Shown piece after piece: positions 13,615 through 26,254 of a stretch of 64,000 bases of DNA. Under the pieces are notes generated by a model. The model saw nothing but the letters and a program-made list of their open reading frames with translations. It did no database searches and was not told the origin of the DNA. Numbering within the stretch: position 1 is the first letter of the stretch; each line of letters opens with the position of its first letter. Source of the DNA: Octopus bimaculoides (taxonomy: Eukaryota); NCBI RefSeq assembly GCF_001194135.2, contig NC_069002.1:22459761-22523760 (forward strand), given 5' to 3'. Both the position numbers and the translations under genes were made by a program.

Positions 13615-13732
13615 CTTAATAAGCATTAAGATGTTTGCTGCTGTGTAAACAGTGAGACATAAGGAGACAAGGGTTAGAAACACCCCCAAGCCAGGATGAC
13701 TACCAAAAACCGACAGGGAAATGAACCAGCCG
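13615..13732 (-). CDS. SCAMP: SCAMP exon 8B, 118 bp, phase 2-0, TM4 variant B (putative mutually exclusive partner of 8A)
   Basis: Acceptor ggatttctttttctag|C, donor AAG|gtatga. Open frame [39 protein letters not shown] (39 aa), with the same length, phases and G1/G16/K39 anchors as 8A. Confidence 0.88.
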
Positions 13733-15891
13733 CTAGAAAAAGAAATCCACAAATGTAGCAGTTTTGTTTATTTGTTATTTTTTCTTTTTAAAAAAATTTA
13801 CTAAAATAAATAATAATAATAATAATAATAGGAGACAACGAAGATTCAAATATTTCATTCCTTTGTTGCTGAGACATAAAAATAAAAGAAAAATAATTTA
13901 TTAGAAGAGAGAGAAATAAAGAAAGAAAAATAAAGGTAAAAATAAAAATGAAAATTTCAAAAGTGTTTATGACAAATGTGAAAAAGTTACTAACAAGGGA
14001 GAGAAAAATATATAATTAGTAAAATAATAAAGAAAAATCGATTAAGTAGAGGTGAATGAGAAGTGTTTCTTTTTAATAAAAAAAAAAGCACATAAACAAA
14101 AGCATGCCACAAACAGGACTCCAAATAGTAATAGTAGTTAATGTTTTGCGTTCCATCTTCAGCTACTTTTGTATTGCAGTCCATAACCCCATAAACACAA
14201 CTTGCTCTGCACTATCGACCCCTTTGCCACTAAGAAAAACACCCCACCACCATCACAGGTATTTCTTAGCAGAGAAGATTGATCGATTGGTTCTTAAACA
14301 AGGTAAGTAAAATAAGGTGAGAGGATTTGAATTTTAAAAAAGAAAAAAATTTTTTTTGTTTCTTTCAATTTATCAATATTTTGAAACGGGATCATGGAAA
14401 GAGGGTGGAGAGGAGGGGAGGTCAGTTCCAACATTTGTTTTGCTCACCAGAAACAAAGAATTTGTAGTAAACGTAGAACTCGAACTTTTCCATTTGATTG
14501 CACAACTGGAAAGCGAAAGACGAAGGATGACAGCAGTTTTACTGCTTTAAAGACACAGTGGCATTATTTTTATTGCTTCTGTAATTCACTGTGACAATTT
14601 TAGAAATATTTCATCTAGAGCAAGTTGTACATGAAGGACCAAATAATAAAACAAACCCGCACAGAGTTAAGAAATATTTACAGCCCCTGTTCAGCAAAGC
14701 AGGAAAAAAAAAAATGGATTATTATTATTATTTTTATTACTAAACAATAATAAAAAACCAAAGAAGAAACAATGCATAAGACTGCAAGACATACAGTAGA
14801 TAATAATTTTGAGGATGGAAGGGGGGCGGTCACGTGGACAGTCACGAGGGATGACGGTTCATGGGAGTGTAAATATGGTTATGGTAGCAGGAAGCGGTTA
14901 TTACAAGGTTATTCATAAACTATATTAATGTTAAAGAACGACAAACAAAATAAATCAGAAGCAATGAACAAGGGGAGAGAACCCTGCAGGGAACGGGTAT
15001 AGGTGCAACACACAAAAAGAAACAAACTGTACCTTGACAAGTAGTACAAATGTAAATACAGAAATGAAAATAAAAAATATTCCAATAAATATCATGATGA
15101 GTCCGACGGCTATTTGTGAATTGACTGCTGTTATACCACTCAACAAACCACTGCAAGTATAAGCAAACAGTGAAACAAACAATGCTTTCTCATTTTTTGG
15201 TGTTGTATATGCTAAAATGAAGAGGATGATGAAGACGATGGTGATGGTGGTAGACAATTGTTTCCCCTCAAAACAGTAATTTTTTTTTTAAAGGGCACAT
15301 TGAAAAATGTAGTCTTAGATATACTATCTCACTAAAGTCAGAATGTGACAAACTAATGACATTAATAATAATAATGGTAATAATAATAATAAGTTAATGC
15401 ATGTGCATATCTGGATGCATCACATAAATATGTGCTTCGTCCAACCCATGCTAGCATGGAAAGTGGACGTTAAACGATGATGATGATGATGATGATATAT
15501 GTATATTTATATAAGGGCATTACTATAGAAGAATGCCTCATGCTAAACTACCATAATAAACACATTTTCACTGAACTCGAGGAAATGCAACTCTTGAGGC
15601 CAATTTTTGAGAGTTGCATTTCCTCGAGTTTAGTAAAAAAAATGTGTTTATTATGGTAGTTTAGCATGAGGCATTCTTCTATAGTAATGCCCTTAAATAA
15701 ATATAAATAAATATATTCTAGGAAGGGCATCCAGCTGTAGAAACTCTGCCAAATCAGACTGGAGCCTGGTGTTGCCATCCGGTTTCACCAGTCCTCAGTC
15801 AAATCGTCCAACCCATGCTAGCATGGAAAGCGGACGTTAAACGATGATGATGATGATGATGATGAATAATGATGGATTTTTNNNNNNNNNN

Positions 15892-15928
<37 letters not shown>

Positions 15929-18900
15929 GAAGATTTCACTGTAATTGTTAGTTTCAATATCATGGGAGCCAAAGTAGAGATTCTCCTACTGATATCATTT
16001 CTTTCTCTCTCTCTCTCTCTTATAAATAGATAGATAGATAGGTAGGTAGGTAGACAGATAGGTAGATAGATATCACCAGGATAATATATCCCTTTAAACT
16101 CATTTTTGTGATATATATACATCATCATCATTGTTTATATATGTATGTACATACCTATGTATGCATGTGTGTGTGTGTGTATGTGTGTGGAATAAATAAC
16201 ATGCATACACACAGAGTGAGCAAGTGAGGTAAGAGAACCTCTACTTTGGCCCATGTCCTACTGAAAGCACAAACGAGATAGTTTAATTGTTCACAAACAG
16301 ATTCTTTCTTGCTCATAATTCTTGACTCGTAAAGAGTTCAAAATGCACACACACACACACACACAAAAAAAAACTTTATGAAACAAAAATAACAGTTCAG
16401 TAAAAAGAAAAACATTTTACAGGGGTAAGTAATTAACAATTCTTTGAAGATGTTTCTCTTTGCATATGCTTCAAAGAGCAGCTATTTCCTAAGTAATGTG
16501 TGCGTATATACACACAAGCTAATCTGAATTTGTATGAAATAAGTAGATAGAACTCAATACAATTTAGAGTTATATTATTATTAGATACTGCTAACAGGAG
16601 AAATGTATTTGCTACTTAAAGTTCCACCAGTTGAAGAGCATAATAATGTTGTGGATTATCATACATAAAAAGGAAAAATCATTCAGACAAATAATACATT
16701 CACTCTACATCTCAATCTTACAAGACTGCCATTATAGTAGATAAAAAGGGAAATAACTTATGGCTGATTTGTTGGGATTCTTTCCCTTGGACCAGTGGTA
16801 AGTGATATTTTTTTGGAAGCCATTTATTTTTAGTGTTGATTAAAATATGAACTAGAAGTTAAAAAGGTGCTGGGGTGGATGGTGATGTAGAGTGTATAAA
16901 ATGTGAAGATAAAATGTTCTATTTTAATCCTGTAGGATTTTACTCGGCTTTCATTCATTCGATTTACTAGTTTATGGGTTATGTTTAAATCGAAATAACT
17001 AATTTTGAAATTGGTGCAATGAAACAATATGCATAAACCAATAAAACTTCATCATCATCATCATCGTCGTTTAACGTCCGCTTTCCATGACTGAGGACTG
17101 GTGAAACCAGATGGCTACACCAGGCTCCAATCTGATTTAGCAGAGTTTCTACAGCTGGATGCCCTTCCTAATGCCAACCATTCTGAGAGTGTAGTAGGTG
17201 CTTTTACGTGCCACCGGCACGAAGGCCAGTCAGGCGACACTGGCAACGACCACGCTCAAAATGGTGTATTTTACGTGCCACCTGCACAGGAGCCAGTTCG
17301 GCGGCACTGGCAACGATCTCGCTCGAATGTCTTTACACGTGTCATCTGGCACAAGTGCCAGGAAGGCGATGCTGGGTACAGGGGCCATTGACGGTTTNNN
17401 NNNNNNNNNNNNNNNNNNNNNNNNNNNNNNNNNNNNNNNNNNNNNNNNNNNNNNNNNNNNNNNNNNNNNNNNNNNNNNNNNNNNNNNNNNNNNNNNNNNN
17501 NNNNNNNNNNNNNNNNNNNNNNNNNNNNNNNNNNNNNNNNNNNNNNNNNNNNNNNNNNNNNNNNNNNNNNNNNNNNNNNNNNNNNNNNNNNNNNNNNNNN
17601 NNNNNNNNNNNNNNNNNNNNNNNNNNNNNNNNNNNNNNNNNNNNNNNNNNNNNNNNNNNNNNNNNNNNNNNNNNNNNNNNNNNNNNNNNNNNNNNNNNNN
17701 NNNNNNNNNNNNNNNNNNNNNNNNNNNNNNNNNNNNNNNNNNNNNNNNNNNNNNNNNNNNNNNNNNNNNNNNNNNNNNNNNNNNNNNNNNNNNNNNNNNN
17801 NNNNNNNNNNNNNNNNNNNNNNNNNNNNNNNNNNNNNNNNATCCTCATCCATTCTGACCACGTGTCCATACCAGCGCAATCGTCTCTCTTGCACACCACA
17901 GCTGATGCTTCATAAGTTCAACTTTTCTCTCAAGGTATTAACACTCTGTCTAGTATGCACACTGTCATTACACATCCAGCGGAGCATACTGGCTTCATTC
18001 CTTCCGAACCTACGCATGTCCTCAGCAGTCACGGCCCATGTTTCACTGCCATGAAGCATGGCTGTTCGTACACATGCGTCATACAATCTGCCTTTTACTC
18101 AGAGAGAGAGACACTTTGTCGCCAGCAGAGGTAAGAGCTCTCTGAACTTTGCCCAGGCTATTCTTATTCTAGCAGCTACGCTTTCAGCGCACCCACCCCC
18201 ACTACTAATTTGGTCACCAAGATAGCAGAAGCTATCAACCACTTCTAGTTTTTCTCCAAAGACCATGTAGATAATAAAGAGGTATCCCCATTTAATCAGT
18301 GAGGTAACACTGATGCAGTGATATGTGAGACCAAAGTTAACTCCATCAATGTAAATATAACAGGCAAAATGAGAAGCAAAGATGCATCAATGACGATGCG
18401 TCTTTCAGAAACAAAGACAGGAGTACAACTTTATTTAGTAGCTGAAGGAGAATAACATTGAAAATAACATCAAATTATTTTACTATTAAGCAATTCATTA
18501 GCAGAGTTATGAGATCAGCAGAGAGAATGCTTTGCAATATCTGCTCTGGATTCTGTGCTAAGTTCAAATTCACTGAGGGCAAACTTTATATGAGCACAAT
18601 GCTGGTGCAACCCTCCCTCCCACTGATCATGTCCTGAATGTTCCACTGGGTCCAGGACAGAAGGGCCAAGAGGACTCCCCATCTGTGCACAACTACATGA
18701 GCACCTAAAATAATTAACAAAAGCACAGTACATGCAATCAAGTTGTGTTCAACTATAAGTGACAGATATAGTTTTATTATGCTATTCAAGTGGTGAAACT
18801 TTAAGTAACACATATATCCAAATAATAGCACCAAATATATATTAATTCTGGTTATAAACACTGAGTTAAAGTGTGATAGTTCACTTTCTTAGACAACAGT

Positions 18901-20424
18901 AGAATGATCTATCTGCTGAGGAAGAAATAAAGTCTAAAATAACTGAAATAGCTGGGGCATTTATCAAGACAGAAATGTTACTACATAAACGTACATACAC
19001 ACACACATATGCACACGCATGTGCATGTGTGCGCACATAGATATATATTTCATTTGTTTCATTTCTCTATGCAAGCATGGGTTAAATGACTAATGTTATT
19101 GAGGCATTGTCTCTTAACGCAAGTAAGCCCATATGTTTTTTCAAGTAAGGAATTTCTTATTCCACACAGCAATTAACTAAGAGGAGAAATGCCAACAGAA
19201 CACTACTCTAACAGTGGGACTTTCAAAAGAGCATGTGGAAGATACACACACACACACAACAAGCTTCTCTTTTTTTAAGTCTATCTACTAAGTCCATTCC
19301 CAAAGCTTTGGACAGTTCAGAGCTATAGTAGAAGACATTTGCTCAAGATGCTATGCAGTGGGACTGAACCTGAATCCACATGGTTAGCAAGTGAGCTTCT
19401 TACAACCATGTCTGTGCTTGTATAGATATTTCATGATAAGCTAAGAAGCAGTGATTTTCAACTAGTGTCAATCATAAGTTACACCATAAGTGGCGTCAAG
19501 ACCAGCTGGTTTGTACTGGCATCAATTCATATTAGTCGTAATAATGAAGTCAAACCAAAGAGTAATATTTTGAAATCATTTAATTTGTACATTTCAGGTC
19601 TGCATAATATAGAATAGGAACAGGCATCCACAACATAAAACCTCCTAAATGAAAGCATTTAAAAAATATTTTTGAAATGCTTTAACTTAAGAAGGTTTAC
19701 ATAATGGATGCATTTTCTATTATATATTACTCAGACCCAAAATGTGCCAAATAGACTATATATATATCTTTTATTTTGGTTGAGTCAGTCTCTTTCTAAT
19801 CTGTGTGCCTGCAGGTGAAATTCAGAGCAGCAAGAGACTCACTTGACCAAATAAAGTATCTTTAATCTCTATCCAGTTATTGAGTGCTTTTTTTTCCAAT
19901 AGTTAATACTTAATGTATATANNNNNNNNNNNNNNNNNNNNNNNNNNNNNNNNNNNNNNNNNNNNNNNNNNNNNNNNNNNNNNNNNNNNNNNNNNNNNNN
20001 NNNNNNNNNNNNNNNNNNNNNNNNNNNNNNNNNNNNNNNNNNNNNNNNNNNNNNNNNNNNNNNNNNNNNNNNNNNNNNNNNNNNNNNNNNNNNNNNNNNN
20101 NNNNNNNNNNNNNNNNNNNNNNNNNNNNNNNNNNNNNNNNNNNNNNNNNNNNNNNNNNNNNNNNNNNNNNNNNNNNNNNNNNNNNNNNNNNNNNNNNNNN
20201 NNNNNNNNNNNNNNNNNNNNNNNNNNNNNNNNNNNNNNNNNNNNNNNNNNNNNNNNNNNNNNNNNNNNNNNNNNNNNNNNNNNNNNNNNNNNNNNNNNNN
20301 NNNNNNNNNNNNNNNNNNNNNNNNNNNNNNNNNNNNNNNNNNNNNNNNNNNNNNNNNNNNNNNNNNNNNNNNNNNNNNNNNNNNNNNNNNNNNNNNNNNN
20401 NNNNNNNNNNNNNNNNNTATATAC

Positions 20425-20489
<65 letters not shown>

Positions 20490-20806
20490 CATATATATAT
20501 TATATATATATATAAAATTAGAAGACAGAAAAAGGAAAGTAATGAGAAGGCCAAAGTGGAATCAAATGCAAAATTCTTTGAGACAGTGTACGTCCAAATT
20601 TTACAAGGCCACTCATTTTCATTCTTACTTAAAGTTCAAATTAATCTATGAATCAAGTTGTGAGGTGACCCTACCCAATTGCAAAACAAGACACACTGTA
20701 AAAAATAAGTGAACATAACAAACACTGCATCAACACAAACAGAAGCAACAACAAAAGCGAAAAACAACAACAAAACTGCATGCTGAAAACAGTTTAGTCG
20801 TTATAC

Positions 20807-20862
<56 letters not shown>

Positions 20863-23800
20863 AGGTATATATGTACCCATCTAGAGTATGTGTCAATATA
20901 TATAAGGTGGTATCAGAAAGTTCCCAGACCAAATCTGAAAAAAAAAAAAAGCTGTGCTTTAGTAAATAATGTATTTCTAATCTAATTTCTGCTTGGTATC
21001 CATCCTCTTTGAAATAGACCCTCTGGGGACATAAACAGTAATCTCAACAAGTCTTCCATACCTCAAAAACACTGCAGAAACCCATTTCCTGAAGGCCACA
21101 CTGAAGGCCCAGCAATTTTCTTTCAATGTCATCCACCATGTTGAAACAATACCCCTTCACCTTCAGTTTTGTTTTTGGAAACCTAGTGAAGTCACTGAGA
21201 GATAGGGTAAGAGAATATGGAGTGTGTGGCAAAACCATTTTGTTTTCAGACAAAAACTACATCTAGATAAAGGTGAGAGCAAGTGGTTTTCATGCTGCAA
21301 CAACCAACTGTAATTGCACCATAGATTTGGGCATTTTTTATAGTGAATCTTCTGCTAAATACCTCAGTTAATCACACTACAGTTGGGAGAAACAAATTAT
21401 TGGTGAAAGATACCTTTGACATTAAAAACACGATGAGCCTGGTTTTCATTGCATTGTGGATCTGTTTTGCTTTATTTGTTTTTACTCACTGCAAGTTCTT
21501 TATTGCTGTTTTGTCTTCAGATTTAACTATAAACCCAAATGTCATCATCTGTGATAATTCTAAAGATTAGGTATCACTATTAATATTTCCGTGAATCTTA
21601 AAGTACATGTGAAAACACAGCTACTTTTGAAGACTGTCTCATTTGTCAAACAGAGACCAAATTCAAACCAATGCAATACATGTTCAGATATTCTATATGA
21701 TTCTCCAGACAGAATCGTAACAGATTCCAACCATTTGAGAGAACTGATGGATTGTTCTGCAAGGGAGAAGTTTACAATTCCTCCAATATTTCTGGTATTT
21801 TACTACAGATTTCTTGCCTTGAAAGCTCATCATCTTAAAGTGATACTCAACCAATCTATAACACTCAAAGAACACATGTCACAAATCTTACAAAATACTT
21901 CAAGGGTTTCAATAGCAGACTCACAGTGCTTCATTCAAAATCTGATGCAGGAAACCTGCTTGAATTTGTCATCATTGTAAAAATCACAGAATTGTTGTAA
22001 CACAACATTACAAAACTATAAATAATAGTTGGACACAAGTAGATATGACAAAGCCTACTTTGAGATTGAACTCAGTAAGGTTGGCCACCAATAACTACCA
22101 ATCACATTTATGTACAGGGAAGTAACTTTCTGATAACACCTTATATATATATATATGTAAAACAATGTGTACATATACATTTGTAGCCCTCTTTCTCTCT
22201 CTCTGAAATAAAATTCATATTTATTAGTTTTAGCATTTAAACCAGCCTATTTCATTGGTTCCTCAGTGCATGTTTAATGAAGATTTACATCAAAGTCCAT
22301 CCGTCATACACTGAACATACTTTATCTAAAGCTTCTGTCTTAATGCTAGACTACACACCACCACCATGTCCACCCTGCTCAATCTTATACTTCTGGAACT
22401 TTATACAATGAGCCCTTTCTTCCCACTACAACAATGCACCACCCAGCACTCGGTGATAAAATCTCTGTATCAATAGTCTTAGACAAATAAAGCCTGGGCA
22501 GCTCTTCAACTGGGCAGCTCCTGTCCAACTGTCCAACCCATGCCAGCATGGAAAACAGAAGCTAGACGACGATGATGACATAAGATCCAAATGTCTGGAA
22601 CTTACATCCAATGTTGGTTTCTATAGCACCAAGCTGATGAATGACAAATCTGCCCCAGAATCATAGATGCTTTCCTTATACACAGAATTTAAACTCAACA
22701 CAGCCAGCTAATGAACTGTGCTGCAGTCAGTTAAATTACATTACGGCAAAATAGACTTCAATACATGCAATGTTGGTAATAATCTATAAATCATTACCCT
22801 GTCAGTCATCTCAACATACACATGTAAAGACCTAAAAAAGTCACCAGTATTTGATTTTCTCTTGAAGCTAATAGTTACCTTTTCCATCACTTCCCATGAT
22901 GCATCTATTTGACCAGACAAGTGTAGTTGAGATGAGTTTTGAAAACTTTCCCGTTTCTATCTTTAAACCTAGATTCACTTCCCTGCCCATCAGTCTAAGT
23001 TAAGCTGTTATCACAATATTGCTGGAGCAATAATGATTTTACACAAAATGAAGCAAATATTTTTCACATACAGCAACGAGAGCAAGTCAAGAGACTTTCA
23101 CATTTCATTATTTTATAACTTTCAATCTTTGTTAGAAGTGTTTAAAAACCATTTAATTTTTTTTTTATTTAAAAAAAAATTTTTTGTATCTCTCTTACAT
23201 GTTTCTAATATTTCATCATTTTTGCTCTTTCTTATATTTCTTTAATGCTTGTAACTCAAGAATTAGTAGCCGAATTTTCCTCAAATCACAACCTATCATT
23301 TTAAATCAAAAAATCATACATACTAGTTGAAAGTCCAGATGAATCATAATATTTGCTGACTAAATATGTTAAAACAAAGACAGGAAAATTTAGTACATTT
23401 TTAATTCATGTTACATACGTTTCATTATAGTATAGGAAATACATTATGAATATTATTATTATCAATAATAATAATAATCCATTCATCTGGAAGCACAAAG
23501 CCTTAAATTTTGGGGGAAAGGACTAGTCAATTACATTGACCTGAGTGCTTGACAAGTACTTATTTTATCGACCCTAAAAGGATGAAAGGCAAAGTCAACC
23601 ATAACAGAATTTGAACTCAGAACATTAAAACAAACAAAATGCCGCTAAGCATTTTGTCCTGCATGCTAACAACTCTGCCAGCTCATTTTACTATTATTAT
23701 CAATAATAATAATAGTCCTTTCTACTATAGGCACAAGGCCTGAAATTTTGAGGGAGGGGGGGATAGTTGATTGCAATGACCCCAGTAATTAACTGGTACT

Positions 23801-26193
23801 TAATTAAGTGACTCCAAAAGGAAAACAAAAAGCGGAGGTAATAATATTTTGCAATCATTGTCTGAGGAGTTACAGTTAAGAGATCCTCTACATGTTCTCT
23901 ACATCTATATTATTAATATATTTACATTCACAATATATTTCTTATGCTTTAATGAAATATATGTAAAATGAAATTAAAAATGTACCAAATTTTCCATTCT
24001 TTGTTTTTACAACATAAAAGAAAAAAAAAAAACTAGACAAAACTACCCAAAGGGAATGTTTCTACCAGTATATATATTAACTGTTGTTTTATAGATTTTT
24101 GTTGATTTTTGAAATAAATTCTAAAATCCAAGAAGAGAGGGAAAGAGAGAGAGCAAGAATGCGTGTGTGTGTAATTAAGCCAAATTCAATTTGGGGAATA
24201 AATTTGGCAGGGTGTGTGTGTTTCTGTATTGTTGGGTAGCAGAAGATAGGTAGCTTTTGAGCTCAAACAATCAAAACACAAATATACAACAACTGATACA
24301 AAATATAAGGTTAATAGGGCCTATCGTTAAGTCTAGGAAGAACAAAAACATTGATGGTGATAATATTGAAAATAATGAAAATGAAATAATGATTTCTTTA
24401 TAACAATAAATAAATAAGAGTAATGTTAATAAATAATAATAATGACGATAATAATAACAACAGTTCATCACTGAATGAGCGAGGAAATAAATGAAAGTTC
24501 GAGATTACAAGATGGAGAAAGACAGAAAAGAAGTGATGATGGAAAGAAAAGTAAGAGAGAATGAGTTAGAAGGAAGAAAGACAAAGGAATTGGAAGGAAA
24601 AAAAGGTGAAGGAATTGGAGGGTTAAGGAGTTGGCAGGAAGAAAGGGGAAAAGAAACGAAGGGGGAAGCAGCTGAGAAGAAAGTGAAGGAATTGAAAGGT
24701 TGAAGGGCGAAAGAAATGGAAGGAAGAAGGGCAAAAGAATTGACAGGTGAAGGAATTGAAAGGTTAAGGAGCTGGAAAGAAAAAAGGGGTGAAGGAATTG
24801 GAAGGGGAAAAGGGTGAAGGAATTAAAGGGTTAAGGAGTTGGCAGGAAGAAAGGGGAAAAGAAACGAAGGGGGGAAGCAGCTGAGAGGATAAAAGGTGAA
24901 AGAACTGAAAGGAAGGAAGACAAAAGAATTAGGAGAGGGAAGGAATTGGAAGGGAGAAGAGTGAAGGAACTGAAAGGTGAAGGAATTGGATGGAAGAAGA
25001 CGAGTGATGGAATCGGAAGGAAGAAGGGTGAAAAATGAATGAAATGAGAAAGGAAGAAGACTGATTAATATTTGGTAGAAGAATTAAAAAAGTAGAACAG
25101 AAGCATACTCACACTGTGAAACCTGGAATTCCCAAAGACATGATGACACATGTGCAAAATTGAAAGAAGAATACAAAGAAAAATATGAAGAAATTGAATG
25201 AGCTGTCACTCCTGAAAAAGAAAAGAAGAAAAACTTTAATATAAGGAAAAGACTAGAGTTTGGAATATAGGCAGAAGGTTGTAAATTTTAGAGGGCATGG
25301 GTTTGTTGGTTACATCAATCCCACAATACTTAGAGAGATCAACTTTTGAAGGATGAAGAACCACAACAGGGACTTGATCTTAGGTCAGCAGAAATATCGT
25401 AACGCATTAATTTCCAATGTTCTTATAACCGTTTAGATACAAGGCCAGCAAGTTTGAGGGGAGGGGTTAGTCGATATCAACAACCCCAGTATTTGACTGG
25501 TATTTTATTCTATCAACACTGGAGGGATAAAAGAAAGTTGACCTCAACAGGATTTGAACTGAAAATGTAAAGAGCCAAAACAAATGCCACAAGGCATTTT
25601 GTCCAACATTCTAATAATTCTACCAATCCAACTTTGAAGGATGTAATAGAGTCCCAACAGCTAATAACTGACCTGGGTAGGTTATTTCATGCTTCCCCAA
25701 TTCTGGGCATGAAAAAACATTGCCAAAATTCATGGATGCTGTGTTGTTTCTTGATTTTGTGAGAATGTCTACATGTGTCAGACATATGGAATTCAAAAAG
25801 GTGCCAAAGGTTGTTGCTGGAAAGATGGTGGATAATTTTGTGGGTGTCTACGAAGTCAGTTGCTAGATGTCGGAGCTTTAATGTGTCCATGCCCAGGGAA
25901 GCAAGGCACTTTATCTTTCTAAAAGATAGAAAGCAAGCTTGATAAGACCTACAGAGATGAAGAACCGACACACACACAAACAACACAGTTATAAATGTTA
26001 AAAGCATTAGTTCCTTGGTTTTTCTAACCATTTCATTGAATCTATTTTCATCTTCTAAAGGATGGCTTTAGAATATTTCAATACTGCTGCAGGTTATGTG
26101 AGTGGTCCTTAAACATATTTTCCTGTTCTTGCATCCTTCTCTAACTTTGCTTTACATTTCCTTGTTTTACCTCAACATTGTGCACCCCACCCA

Positions 26194-26254
<61 letters not shown>

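Noticed and set aside
14111-14229. Acceptor ttttcttag|TGGC resembling the start of exons 8A/8B
   Set aside because: There is an in-frame stop after 21 codons ([21 protein letters not shown]), the peptide is not hydrophobic, and no donor falls at 118 bp.
14955-15032. Read-through of exon 8A giving the tail [25 protein letters not shown] (track ORF 14955..15257)
   Set aside because: A canonical donor AAG|gtacag is present and the extension has no SCAMP similarity. There is no evidence for retention from sequence alone.
20629-20695. 67-bp AG...GT segment on the minus strand with phase 2-0 geometry and a strong acceptor
   Set aside because: It has in-frame stops and no homology. It could only be a poison exon, and such motif pairs are expected by chance in 10 kb of AT-rich intron.
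24468-24734. Track ORFs 24491..24703 (K/E/G-rich) and 24468..24734 (F/L/S-rich)
   Set aside because: They are translations of the purine low-complexity tract, not genes.
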